The position numbers and the translations under genes were made by a program. From assembly GCA_963702845.1 (NCBI GenBank), contig OY969763.1, positions 928,001 to 992,000 of the forward strand: DNA of 64,000 nucleotides, given 5' to 3'. Below are positions 20,546 to 31,312 of the stretch, in pieces. Position 1 is the first letter of the stretch. Every line of letters begins with the position of its first letter. Source of the DNA: an uncultured Verrucomicrobiae bacterium (GTDB taxonomy: Bacteria; Verrucomicrobiota; Verrucomicrobiia; Limisphaerales; Palsa-1400). A model generated the notes under the pieces. That model was not told where the DNA came from. It saw only the letters and a program-made list of their open reading frames with translations, and made no database searches.

Positions 20546-21550
20546 TCAACGCGCTTCGCGCAGCCAGCCGGCCACATCGGTCGCCGCGTAAGTAATCACC
20601 ATATCCGCGCCCGCGCGTTTCATCGACAGCAATGTCTCCATCGTCACCGCGCGTTCATCGATCCAACCTTTCGCTGCCGCGGCTTTAATCATCGAGAACT
20701 CGCCGCTGACCGCATAGGCCGCAGTGGGGTAGCCAAATTCCACCTTCACCCGCTGTAGAATGTCCAGGTAAGCCAGCGCCGGCTTCACCATCACCATGTC
20801 AGCGCCCTCTTGCAGATCCATCGCGACCTCGCGCATGGCTTCGTCTGAATTGGCCGGGTCCATCTGGTAACTGCGTCGATCGCCGAATTGCGGCGTCGAT
20901 TCCGCAGCTTCACGGAACGGGCCGTAGTAGGCCGAGGCAAACTTGGCTGCATACGAGAGGATCGGTGTGTCCTCAAAGCCGCGCTCATCGAGCAATCCGC
21001 GGATGGCGGCGACGCGGCCGTCCATCATATCACTCGGCGCGACGATGTCCGCGCCGGCCTCGGCATGACTGAGCGCTGTGCGCGCGAGCAATTGGAGGCT
21101 GGGATCATTTTCAATCCGGCCTTTTTTCTTGTGGACGATGCCGCAATGGCCGTGACTCATATATTCGCAGAGGCACACGTCGGTGAGCACGAGCAGATTG
21201 GGCAATTCGCGTTTGAGCAGGCGGACGGCCTGTTGAACGATGCCGTTGGCAGCGTAGGCGCCCGATGCCTTTTCGTCTTTCTTGTCGGGTATGCCGAACA
21301 GGATGACAGCGGGGACGCCAAGCGCATGGGCCTTTTCAGCTTCTTTGAGAACTTCATCCGGGGACAGTTGAAACACCCCGGGCATCGATCCAACTGGTTG
21401 GCGTACTTTTTTTCCGAAACGCGCAAATAACGGCAGAATCAGCGAGTCAACGGTGAAACGATTCTGCTGGACCATGCGCCGGAGCGCTGGTGATTGTCGC
21501 AAGCGCCGTGGGCGATACTGCGGAAAACGCCCAGGAAAACCAAAGTTCAT
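20546..21550 (-). CDS. hemB: Porphobilinogen synthase (ALA dehydratase)
   Basis: RPRRLR; DVCLCEYMSHGHCG; APSDMMDGR; YGPFREAA; MVKP. Confidence 0.98.
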   Translation of the reverse strand: MNFGFPGRFPQYRPRRLRQSPALRRMVQQNRFTVDSLILPLFARFGKKVRQPVGSMPGVFQLSPDEVLKEAEKAHALGVPAVILFGIPDKKDEKASGAYAANGIVQQAVRLLKRELPNLLVLTDVCLCEYMSHGHCGIVHKKKGRIENDPSLQLLARTALSHAEAGADIVAPSDMMDGRVAAIRGLLDERGFEDTPILSYAAKFASAYYGPFREAAESTPQFGDRRSYQMDPANSDEAMREVAMDLQEGADMVMVKPALAYLDILQRVKVEFGYPTAAYAVSGEFSMIKAAAAKGWIDERAVTMETLLSMKRAGADMVITYAATDVAGWLREAR

Positions 21551-21606
21551 ACTTCAGGCTAGTGAAACAAGCAGGCAGCGGCAAGTTCGTAGCCGTGGAG
21601 AAGCTT

Positions 21607-22170
21607 TTAGAGAAACGTCACTTCGTCGAACCCGAGTTGAGAGAACAAAGCGCTGAGCGTCGTTCGGGCCCGTTCATCGGCGTCTTTGATAATGCCGTTT
21701 TCGTAGGCAGCGCGGCTGAGTTTTTGGAGGGCATCCTTGCGTGCGTTTTGTTCGAGGTCTTTGTCGAAGGCTCGCATCAACCCTGTTGTTCGTTCGAGGA
21801 TTTGCGTCCGATGGTCATCGAGGTAAACGTCCGTCAGCCCTGCACCCGGCAACTTCATTGTGAGTTTTTTGCCCGTTATATTGATGTCGCCAGGTTTGAT
21901 TGCAGCGAGATTGATGCCGGCTTTGACGATCCCGTGCGCGACCAACAACACGCGATTGTCTCCGTACCACTTCGAATCTTCTGCCACCACAACGTTCTCG
22001 ACCACGTATTTGACGGTGACGAGCTGGGAAAGGGTTTGGACCTGTTTAAGGATGAGCGTGGTGTTGTAAGTGACCGAGGAAGGTTTGGAAGCACGCGTAA
22101 AATAAAAGCCTCCCGCTGCTCCGAGCAGAAACACCGCTAACACTCCTATAATCGCCAGCCGATTCAGCAC
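21607..22170 (-). CDS. DUF4230-like membrane-anchored protein
   Basis: N-terminal TM; LSQLVTVKY; LLVAHGIVKAGINL; LGFDEVTF. Start estimated. Confidence 0.8.
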   Translation of the reverse strand: MLNRLAIIGVLAVFLLGAAGGFYFTRASKPSSVTYNTTLILKQVQTLSQLVTVKYVVENVVVAEDSKWYGDNRVLLVAHGIVKAGINLAAIKPGDINITGKKLTMKLPGAGLTDVYLDDHRTQILERTTGLMRAFDKDLEQNARKDALQKLSRAAYENGIIKDADERARTTLSALFSQLGFDEVTFL

Positions 22171-22656
22171 GGGACTGACTCTATCCAAGGTGGCAAATTG
22201 ATGGAAGAGCAATTCACGTGGCCTTCGAAGCTGCCCTAAGCCAAATCTGCGGAATGTTACGGAATCTTGCGGAAAGTTACGGCTATTTACCGTCAAAAAC
22301 GTGTGTTTTTATGTTGTTTTCCGGAGCTAATTCGCTGTTGTTCAGATACTAATGGTTGCGGGCCAAGCATTTTTGAGGGGGTAGGGCTATTTAACCGAAA
22401 CTACCCGCAACTCTCCGCAATGCTTGTCGGGAATTCGCAGCAACTGCCGTTTGGTTTTCATCGGCGTTGCGTGTTTTCAAAGAGCGCTCCAAGGTGGGTT
22501 GCCCCTAGAGGCTGCAATGTTAGCATTGCGGTCTTATTGTTGATGAAGTAGCGACATTTGTCAATTGTTGAATGCAGTCAATGTTGCAGCGTTTAACATA
22601 CATGAATGACTGCTTATTTGGTTGATTGGTAACGCGGAAACTGCGATAATTGCACA

Positions 22657-25600
22657 TTGAGTGAAAGTATGTGTGCCCGTCCGTTTGCTGTGAAAAACTT
22701 CCTGTCTGTACTGTGCTGTTTAGTTGTCGTAAACTTCTCTGCGAGAGCCATTATCGCGACAAATTCTCAACTGCAATTGGGTAATCCGAGCGGCGCCATC
22801 ACCGATCCGAACAACCATAATCATTATCTAATTCAGCGTACCGTCGAAGCGTTGGATTACAGTGACAAGCTTGGCCAACCGAACTGGGCAAGTTGGGATT
22901 TAACGGCGGTGGATGTCGGTTCGAGCGGGCGGTCATCGAGCTTTTTCCCGGACACCAATCTTCCATCATCGTTCACCAACAAGATAGGCAATGGAACCTT
23001 TGGTGGCGGTTATGACCGCGGACATATGTGCCCTTCGGCGGATCGCACCGACAATACGACGGACAATGATCTGGTTTTTTTCATGTCCAACATCATCCCA
23101 CAGGCTTCGAGAAACAACCAAGGCCCCTGGGCCGACCTGGAAAATTATACGCGGACACTGTTAACCACGAGCGAGTGTATGATCGTGAGCGGGCCGTACG
23201 ATTTCAGCAGCGGCGCCAGAACTCCGAACAGCACGAGTACTGCTTCGATTGCTATACCTAACTGGACCTGGAAAGTGATTGTTGTTGCTCCTCTTGGAGC
23301 GGGCACCGTGACGAACCGAATTACGACGAGCAATCGTGTTATCTGCATCAAGATGACCAACTCGACTGATGCGAATTATACCTACGGCACCTGGCCCACT
23401 TACGTCACCAACGCGCATCGGATCGAGCTGGATACCGGATATACGTTTTTCACAAGTTTGGACACGAATATTGCGGCGGTTCTCAGGGCGAGAATTGATG
23501 GAGCTGCTGCGCCGAGCATTAGCGGTTTCAGTCCTTCAAGCGGCGCCCCGGCGAGCAGTGTGACTTTGGCCGGCGCAAATTTCAGCGGGGCATCATGGGT
23601 GATTTTCAGCAATGCTTATACGACTAATTTCACTGTCAATTCCAGCTCGAGTATCACTGTGACCATTCCCGCGAATGCGGTTACAGGACCAATCAAAGTT
23701 ATCGCCCCGGGCGGGCTTGCGACGAGCGCCGGAACGTTTACGGTTGGATCGACTGGCATCCCGATCATTACCTCTCAGCCAGCGAGCAAGACTTCCAATG
23801 CGGGCGCGATTGCTAATTTTATTGTTCAGGCAAGCGGCACTGGAACACTGACTTATCAGTGGAGTCGCAACGCTGTTCCATTGAGCAACGGCGGGGCTTT
23901 TTCTGGTGCGACGACGACCAACCTGACTGTTACAGGCGTCAGCCAATCTAATGCGGGCAGTTATACTTGTGTTGTCACAAATAGCATTGGTTCAGCAACA
24001 AGCAGCGTGGCGACTTTGACGGTCATCGATGCTCCGGCGATTACAACGCAACCTTCGAGCCTGAGCGTGAATTCGGGAACAGCGGCGAACTTCACCGTAG
24101 TGACAACGGGAACGTCGCCCGCTTACAAGTGGCGAAAGAATGGCGCGGCGCTTAGCGACACGGGAAATATCACAGGTTCGGCGACAGCTACTTTGACTGT
24201 GAGCAGCACCTCGGTTTCTGATGTGGCCAGTTATTCTGTCATCGTCAGTAATTCGGCGGGAACGGTCACGAGCACTGATGCTACGTTGGCGGTCGCGAGT
24301 GTCCCAACGATTACGTCGCCGCCACAGAATACGACGGCGGCCATTGGCGCGACGGCGACATTTAGTGTGACGGCAGGCAACTCGCCACTGACTTATCAAT
24401 GGCGCAAGAATAACGTGAATATCAGCAACGGCGGCGACTTTGCCGGTGCGACGACGTCCATTCTTACCGATCTCGCCAGTTGCAGCAGGAGATGTGGCGA
24501 GCTATTCGGTTGTTGTTGGGAACAATGCCGGCTCAACGACAAGTAGCAGCGCGACGTTGAGTTTGTCCGGGACGGTTTCAATCACTGCGCAGCCGTCGAG
24601 TCAGGCGGTCAGTTCCGGGGCTGACGCGACGTTCGACGTTACGGCAACGGGGAGCGGAACGTTGACTTATCAATGGCGTTATAACGGTGGCGCGATTTCT
24701 GGTGCGACGGATAGCACTTACACACGGCCTTCAGTCACTGGCGCAGATGCCGGCAGTTATTCCGTGATTGTGAGCAACAGTTTTTCGAGCGCGACGAGTT
24801 CGGATGCAGTTTTGTCGGTGGTGGTGGGTTCGAGTTCTATAATCGCGCGATGGAATTTTAATGACACTAACAACTATAGCAGCCCAGCGATTGCGGTGGG
24901 CACGGGGACGGCGTCATTGTATGGCGGAACGGTAGCGACGAATTTTGCCGGGAGCAGCAACGATACAAATGCGGTTAATTGGGGTTGGAGCATCAATGGC
25001 TACGCAGCGCCCGGTGGCGTCAATAAGAGCACCGGAATCCAATTCGCTTTGAGTACCGCAAATTTCGAAAACATTCGTATCAGCTTTGATGAACGAGCCA
25101 CTTCCACCGCTAGTAAATATTTCCGTGTGCAATACACGACAAATGGCACTACCTACGTCGACGCTATGGCGTTGACCAACACATTGACCGGCACATTTGC
25201 CACGTTTTCGAACAGTTTAAGTACGGCTGCCGGAGTTCGTAACAATCCAAACTTTGCATTCAGGATCGTGGCGGAATATCAAAGCACGGCTCAAGGCGGG
25301 ACGGGCACTGCAGATTACGTTGGAACCTCCGGCACGTATGCCGCTTCTGGAAACGCTCGTTATGACATGGTCACTGTTTATGGTGATGCGCTGGTTTCTC
25401 CAAGCATCGTCACCCAACCGCAAAGCCAGACAAAAGACCCGGGCGATACTGTGATCTTCAGCGTGTCGCCGACCGGCAGCGCGCCCTTCACATATAAGTG
25501 GCGTCGCAACGGCTCACCTTTGACCGACGGTGGCAATATTACCGGCTCCGCATCCGCAGTTCTTACCCTCGCAAGTGTGAGCAGTAGTGACGCTGCAAGC

Positions 25601-27662
25601 TATTCGGTAATTGTTTCGAACAGTGTTGGTTCTGCGACGAGCGCGAATGCGGCTTTGACTGTCAATGTCTCGCCGGTAATCACGACGCAACCGTCCAGTC
25701 GCACAAATGTGGCCGGGACAACGGCGACGTTCAATGTTTCTGCGACGGGAACTGCCTTGCAATATCAATGGCGCAAGAATGGTAATATTTTGTCTAATGG
25801 CGCGAACGTTCTCGGGGCGACGAGCAGTGCCTTGACTATCAGCGGTGTGACCGCGACTGATGCTGCGTCTTATTCCGTCGATGTTTCGAATTCGGTCGAT
25901 GTGGTGACCAGCAGCGCTGCTGTGTTGACGATTGTTGACCCGCCGTCGATCTCTTCCAATCCGGTCAGCCAAACGGTTAACGCTGGCAATCTCGCGACTT
26001 TCTCCGTCGTTGCGAGTGGAACGCCGCCGCTTTCGTATCAATGGCGGCGTAATGGCGCGACTGTTTCCGGTGAGACCGACAGCGCAATCAACATTGCCAA
26101 CGCGCAGCATAGCAACGCGGGGTCGTATGATGTTGTTGTGACGAATCTCGGTGGCTCCGCCACAAGTTTAGCCGCAGTGTTGACGGTGTTGGATCCGCCG
26201 TCCATCACCGCGCAGCCAATATCGCAAACGACGTTCGCTGGTCAGGACATTGTTTTCAGCGCGTCCGTTAGTGGCGTGGGGCCGTTCACATATCAATGGC
26301 GGCAGGACGGCGAAAATCTGGTGGACGCCGGCAACGTCACTGGATCACAAACAGCATCGCTGACGGTCGGCAACGTGCACGACGCTGACAACGGAGCCTA
26401 TTCCGTCGTGATCGGAAATTCCGCAGGTTCAACGACCAGCGCGGACGGGCAACTGACGGTGGTTCCGTTTGCCAATCGTTTGTTGAACATCACGACGAAC
26501 CTTGATGGCACACCGGCGCTGCTCTGGAGCGTTGTTCCTAATGACAGCTACTCGTTCGATGTACAAAGACAATCTCACGGATGAGCAGTGGACATCGCTT
26601 GGCAATTATACCCCGTCCGGCTCAACGCTGTTCGTGTCTGATTCGGTAACCAACACCCAGCGTTTTTATCGTTTGAACTCGCCTGAAGGCGTCACCGACA
26701 TTGCCGGGTTCATAAATTTGTCGTTGCTCGGAAATTCCGACAACTTCTCATCAATGCCGTTCGTCAGGCCATCGGCTGCGTCGTTACTCGTTTCGTCCAT
26801 CAGTGGCAATGTTTTGAACGTCACGCCCGCTCCGGCTTGGACCGCAAATCAGTTCGTCTACGCTTCGGGGACGCAATCCAACACGTATTTTGCGCGGTTT
26901 ACCTCGGGTGCAGCGGAAGGACGCATTTATCCGATCACCGCCAACAGTAGCGCGTCCGTCACCCTGAATCTGGGCAATGATGATTTGTCGAGTGTGGCTG
27001 CCGATGATTCGATCACGATCGAACCGTACTGGACGCTCGGCACCGCGTTTCCGAACGGCACTGGAGTGAACGCGTCACCGACCGTGGGAAATCGCAACAC
27101 CGAAATTCTCACTCCCGATCAGACGAGTTCCGGCATTAACTTAAGCGCGACCAAAGTTTACTTCTTCAACGCCGGCATCTGGAAGCAGGTCGGGCAGGGG
27201 CCTGCCAATCACAACGACGATACGATTCAGCCCAATTCATATATCGTCGTTCGACACAATGTCGCGACCAACACCACGGTATTCGCCGCTGGCGTGGTCG
27301 TTTCAACGAAGCTCGCAGTTACGCTCCGCACGCAATTCGACGTGCGCCAGGATAACGCGGTTGGTTTGATTCGGCCGCTTGCCGTTTCGCTGGATGCTTC
27401 GGGTTTGATCAGCAGCGGAGCCTTTCTACCGAGCCCATTGCCCGGAAGTCGCACCGATGAATTGCTCACGTTCGACAACACCGTCGCGAGCCGCAACAAG
27501 TCGGCGTCTGTGGTTTACTATTATTGGAACAACGCCTGGCGCGAAGTCGGTTTGGGCAGCGCCGACGTCGGAGCAAACCTTCTCCAACCAGGCGGGGGCT
27601 TCCTCATTCGTAAAGCCACCAACAACGCCACTGCCGATTGGACGAACGCGCCGAATTGGTAA
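22657..27662 (+). CDS. Secreted DNA/RNA non-specific endonuclease fused to IPT, 8 Ig-like domains and a TIGR02597-like domain; interrupted by two +1 frameshifts (~24469, ~26558)
   Basis: Signal peptide; YDRGHMCPSADR, MSNIIPQ, NQGPWADLE (NucA-type). Ig units PxITxQPxS...YQWRKNG...YSVxVSN continue across ORFs 22657-24546, 24440-26584 and 26502-27662. The third ORF has TDIAGF...MPFVRP...PYWTLGTAFPNG. Confidence 0.8.
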
Positions 27663-27664
27663 CG

Positions 27665-28720
27665 TTAGTTTTTGATTAAGCGATAGAACCGTGCGGTCTC
27701 TACAGGACTGATTGAGTAAGCGTTTGTGCTGGCCAAAACCGTTTGCCAACTTGCCGCATCAGAAATGTTCGTGGTTGTTTGCAACTGAAACGAAGCGTCA
27801 GACCAGCCCACGTTAGCACTTCCGTTCTGCAACGAAATTGAAAGGCGCGTAGCAAGCGTGCCTGTCAAAGCCAGACCGTGCACGCGGCCGGCAGCGAGGG
27901 AAATCACATTGCTGAGATTTAGAATAGGAGCGGTACTGCCCCATCCTGTAACCGTACCGTCATTCCTGGCGGCTAAGCTAAAGCAACTACCGCCAACCAC
28001 GAACGTTGCAGTCGTGAGTCCGTCCGGCACATTCGTTTGACCGCAGGAATTATCTCCAAATGTAATCACGGAGCCGTCGCGTTTGACTGCGAGTGTGTGG
28101 TATATGCCAGCGGCGATCGCCGAAGCATTGGTGATAAGAGGTCCGGAACATTGCCCGGAGCGATTATCGCCCCACGTTACAACGGTTCCGTCGCTTGTCA
28201 GAGCGACGCTGTGAAACTCGCCCGCAGCGATCGCAATCACGTTGCTCAAACCAATCGGAGGCTCGCCCTGGCCGTAATAGTCGCTGCCCCATGCCATGAC
28301 GGTGCCATCGCGGCGCAACGCAAGCGTGTGAAATCCGCCCGCAGCGATAGCGATGAGATTAGTTGCATCCGGCGAAACGGGGCCAGCGAAGCCATCGCCC
28401 CACTGCACAGCCGTGCCATCCTGTTTGAGCGCGCAACTGTGGTTCTCGCCAGCGGTGATCGCTATAACGTTGCCCAGCCCATCCGGAACGCTGCTTTGAT
28501 TCAGACTATTGTCACCCCACGCAACGACCGTGCCGTCGGTTTTCAGAGCGAGCGAATGAAACCCGCCGGCAGCGATTGCGACAACATTGCTGAGGTCTGA
28601 CGGAATCGTTGTCTCGCCAAACGAATTGTCGCCCCATGCGATGACTGTTGCCGCATCGACCGACAAATTCGCGGCGCAAAGGAAAGCAATCAGAGACCAT
28701 TTTATCCGGGAGCCCTTCAT
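27665..28720 (-). CDS. Secreted RCC1-repeat beta-propeller protein
   Basis: Repeated AIAAGxxHSxALxxDGTVVAWGDNxxGQ; signal peptide MKGSRIKWSLIAFLCAANLSVDA. Confidence 0.92.
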   Translation of the reverse strand: MKGSRIKWSLIAFLCAANLSVDAATVIAWGDNSFGETTIPSDLSNVVAIAAGGFHSLALKTDGTVVAWGDNSLNQSSVPDGLGNVIAITAGENHSCALKQDGTAVQWGDGFAGPVSPDATNLIAIAAGGFHTLALRRDGTVMAWGSDYYGQGEPPIGLSNVIAIAAGEFHSVALTSDGTVVTWGDNRSGQCSGPLITNASAIAAGIYHTLAVKRDGSVITFGDNSCGQTNVPDGLTTATFVVGGSCFSLAARNDGTVTGWGSTAPILNLSNVISLAAGRVHGLALTGTLATRLSISLQNGSANVGWSDASFQLQTTTNISDAASWQTVLASTNAYSISPVETARFYRLIKN

Positions 28721-28828
28721 ATAATTCAAGTGTGGCAGGCTAGGGGAACCGCCATTCGTGTCAAGCATTGGGCGGCGCCGAACGAATTCTCTGTGCGTTT
28801 AAGTCCGTTTCGTGGCAATTGTTCTTTG

Positions 28829-30217
28829 ATGCAACGCACCGCCGTCATCAATGTTGTTGGACTGACTCAATCGCTCATTGGCGAACACACTCCGCAGATC
28901 GAGCGCTTTGCAAAAAAGACCTCCGTCTCAAGCATTGTTCCGGCGTTCCCTGCGGTCACCTGCACCGCGCAGTCGAATTATCTGACCGGCACCACGCCAA
29001 CCGAACATGGCATCGTCGGCAACGGCTGGTACAATCGCGAGCTCGCTGAAGTCCAGTTTTGGAAACAGTCGAATCACCTCGTCGGCGGCAAAAAGATTTG
29101 GGACGTGATGCGCGAGCGCGATCCTAAATTCACCTGCGCGAAACTTTTCTGGTGGTACAATATGTATTCCACCGCCGATTACTCCATCACGCCGCGCCCG
29201 ATGTATCCGGCCGATGGCCGCAAGTGTTTCGACATTTATTCATGGCCCTATTCGATTCGTGAAGAGATCAAGCGCGATCTGGGCGAGTTCCCGTTCCCTA
29301 CTTTTTGGGGACCGGCCGCTGGTGTTGACACGCCGCAGGGGAGGGCGGATGCCGTCTCGAAGTGGATTGCCGAATCAGCAAAGTGGATCGAAAACAAATA
29401 TTCACCGACGCTCAGTTTAGTTTATTTGCCGCATTTGGATTACAACCTGCAACGCTTTGGCCCCAACGACCCGCGCATCGCGAAAGACCTCAACCAAATC
29501 GATGCCATTGTTGGCGACCTGATTTCATTTTTCGAAAAACGCGGCGTGCAGGTCCTCTTGCTTTCGGAATACGGGATCGTCGAAGTCGACACCCCGATTC
29601 ATCTCAACCGCCTTTTCCGCGAGCAAGGTTGGTTGACAATCAAAGAAGAACTCGGGCTCGAGACGCTCGACTACGGTGCGAGCAAAGCCTTCGCTGTCGC
29701 CGATCATCAGATCGCGCATATTTACATCAACGATCCGTCGTTGCGTAACAAAGTGCGCACCGTGCTCGAGAAGCAGGACGGCATCGAATCAGTGCTCGAT
29801 CACAACGAGAAAGCCGCTGCCGGAATCGCGCATCCTCGCGCTGGAGATTTCATTGCTGTCGCCAAAGAACGCGCGTGGTTTACATATTATTATTGGCAGG
29901 ACGATGGGCGCGCCCCCGATTTTGCTCGCTGTGTTGATATCCATCGCAAGCCTGGCTACGACCCCGTCGAATTATTCCTCGACCCAAAAATCCCCGCGGT
30001 GAAATTGAAAATTCTGTGGCGATTGCTGCAGAAGCGATTTGGCTTTCGCATGTTAATGGATGTTATTCCGTTGGATGCGTCGCTGGTCAAAGGATCCCAC
30101 GGCAGGAACAATCATGCCGTTGATAACCCAGTAATTATTGGTCGTGCGATCCAGTCGCACGATTCCATTGCCTCGACCGATATTTGTGCAGCATTGCAAA
30201 CCTTTATACAAATGTAG
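28829..30217 (+). CDS. Nucleotide pyrophosphatase/phosphodiesterase family protein (EboF-like)
   Basis: TAVINVVGLT; PAVTCTAQS; HGIVGNGWY; FWKQSN; YLPHLDY; LSEYGI; DHQIAHIY; DIHRKPGYDP; VKGSHGR. Confidence 0.88.
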   Translation: MQRTAVINVVGLTQSLIGEHTPQIERFAKKTSVSSIVPAFPAVTCTAQSNYLTGTTPTEHGIVGNGWYNRELAEVQFWKQSNHLVGGKKIWDVMRERDPKFTCAKLFWWYNMYSTADYSITPRPMYPADGRKCFDIYSWPYSIREEIKRDLGEFPFPTFWGPAAGVDTPQGRADAVSKWIAESAKWIENKYSPTLSLVYLPHLDYNLQRFGPNDPRIAKDLNQIDAIVGDLISFFEKRGVQVLLLSEYGIVEVDTPIHLNRLFREQGWLTIKEELGLETLDYGASKAFAVADHQIAHIYINDPSLRNKVRTVLEKQDGIESVLDHNEKAAAGIAHPRAGDFIAVAKERAWFTYYYWQDDGRAPDFARCVDIHRKPGYDPVELFLDPKIPAVKLKILWRLLQKRFGFRMLMDVIPLDASLVKGSHGRNNHAVDNPVIIGRAIQSHDSIASTDICAALQTFIQM

Positions 30218-30342
30218 GTCGCAAAAGCTGTCTGCGAATTCGGCTGTCGGATTGTTTTGCAAACTTGTATAGCCAGAGTTGTCAATCGCTGGACGCGAAC
30301 TCCATTATTGCCGTGCGTTTCTTAAACCCATATTCAATACGC

Positions 30343-31245
30343 ATGTTCAAGAACCCCGCTTCAACTATTTGCGACATTCTCTGTTCCTTCGAGCGTTCCG
30401 CTCGCAGACTGTGCTACATCTGCGCGGCTGGATTATTCGTCCTCACCGCAAGCGCGGCCGAACCATCAAAAAAATCTCCCTCATCGAAACCCGTCTCTAC
30501 TGCTGTCGGAGTCACCGTATTTACCGGACCGTTTCATTATCTCGGTCATTCTCCAGAAACCGGCTTGAGGAAAACTGAGGAAGGCATCGCCTGGGACGGA
30601 ACGAACCATTATCTAATTTTTCGCGGCAGCATCGTTAAAGTCGATAAATCGTGGACCAACATCATCGCCCGCAACGAAACGCCCTTTCGCGGATTGACCG
30701 GCTTCGATCATTTGGGTGCGGGAGAAATTTACGGCGGAAAGCTCTATGTTGCTGCTGAGTCCTACCATGGCTGCGCCCACGTCACTAATCAAAGCATTTT
30801 TATCTTCAACGCCAACACCCTCGATCGCCAGTCCGTCACATGTGTGTCCAATTCCACCAGCGAAGTTTCAGCGTTGACCATCGTAACAAACATGGGTCCG
30901 CACGGCGTCGTTTTCGTCAGCAACTTTTGTGACGAATCCAAGCTCTACAAATTCGACCTCGCCGACCTTTCATTCCTCGGCACGCTGCAATTGGATCAGC
31001 CGATTTCGAAGCTCCAGGGAGTGGCTTACCACGACGGCCTGATTTACGCCGCCAATGACGTTGGACCCGACGGCGAAATTTACGACATCGATCCGCAGAA
31101 CGGCCACACCCGCAAACGCGCGTTCGTGACATACCCTCACGGAAAAGAAGTCGAAGGATGCCTGTTCAATGGCAAGACCCTCGAAGTCATGGTCGCCAGC
31201 CACACCAACCGCTGGAACTACGTCTACTATTTCTCACCCGAGTAA
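30343..31245 (+). CDS. Secreted hypothetical protein, probable beta-propeller
   Basis: Signal-like region ending ASA; EGIAWDG, DHLGAGEIYGGKLYV, LQGVAYHDGLIY, EVEGCLF blade-like motifs. Confidence 0.7.
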   Translation: MFKNPASTICDILCSFERSARRLCYICAAGLFVLTASAAEPSKKSPSSKPVSTAVGVTVFTGPFHYLGHSPETGLRKTEEGIAWDGTNHYLIFRGSIVKVDKSWTNIIARNETPFRGLTGFDHLGAGEIYGGKLYVAAESYHGCAHVTNQSIFIFNANTLDRQSVTCVSNSTSEVSALTIVTNMGPHGVVFVSNFCDESKLYKFDLADLSFLGTLQLDQPISKLQGVAYHDGLIYAANDVGPDGEIYDIDPQNGHTRKRAFVTYPHGKEVEGCLFNGKTLEVMVASHTNRWNYVYYFSPE

Positions 31246-31312
31246 ACAGGACAAACTGAAAACGAGACATCAACAAAAGACTGGGGCAGAAACAAAGCCT
31301 TCGTCTCTCTCA

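Noticed and set aside
22300..22656. ncRNA upstream of the nuclease gene
   Set aside because: Only short hairpins (GCAATG/CATTGC, GCAGTCA/TGACTGC) in an AT-richer divergent promoter region; insufficient support.
9243..27662. dprA plus secreted nuclease as a competence locus
   Set aside because: They are 12 kb apart, and no comEC, comEA or pilus genes are in the window.
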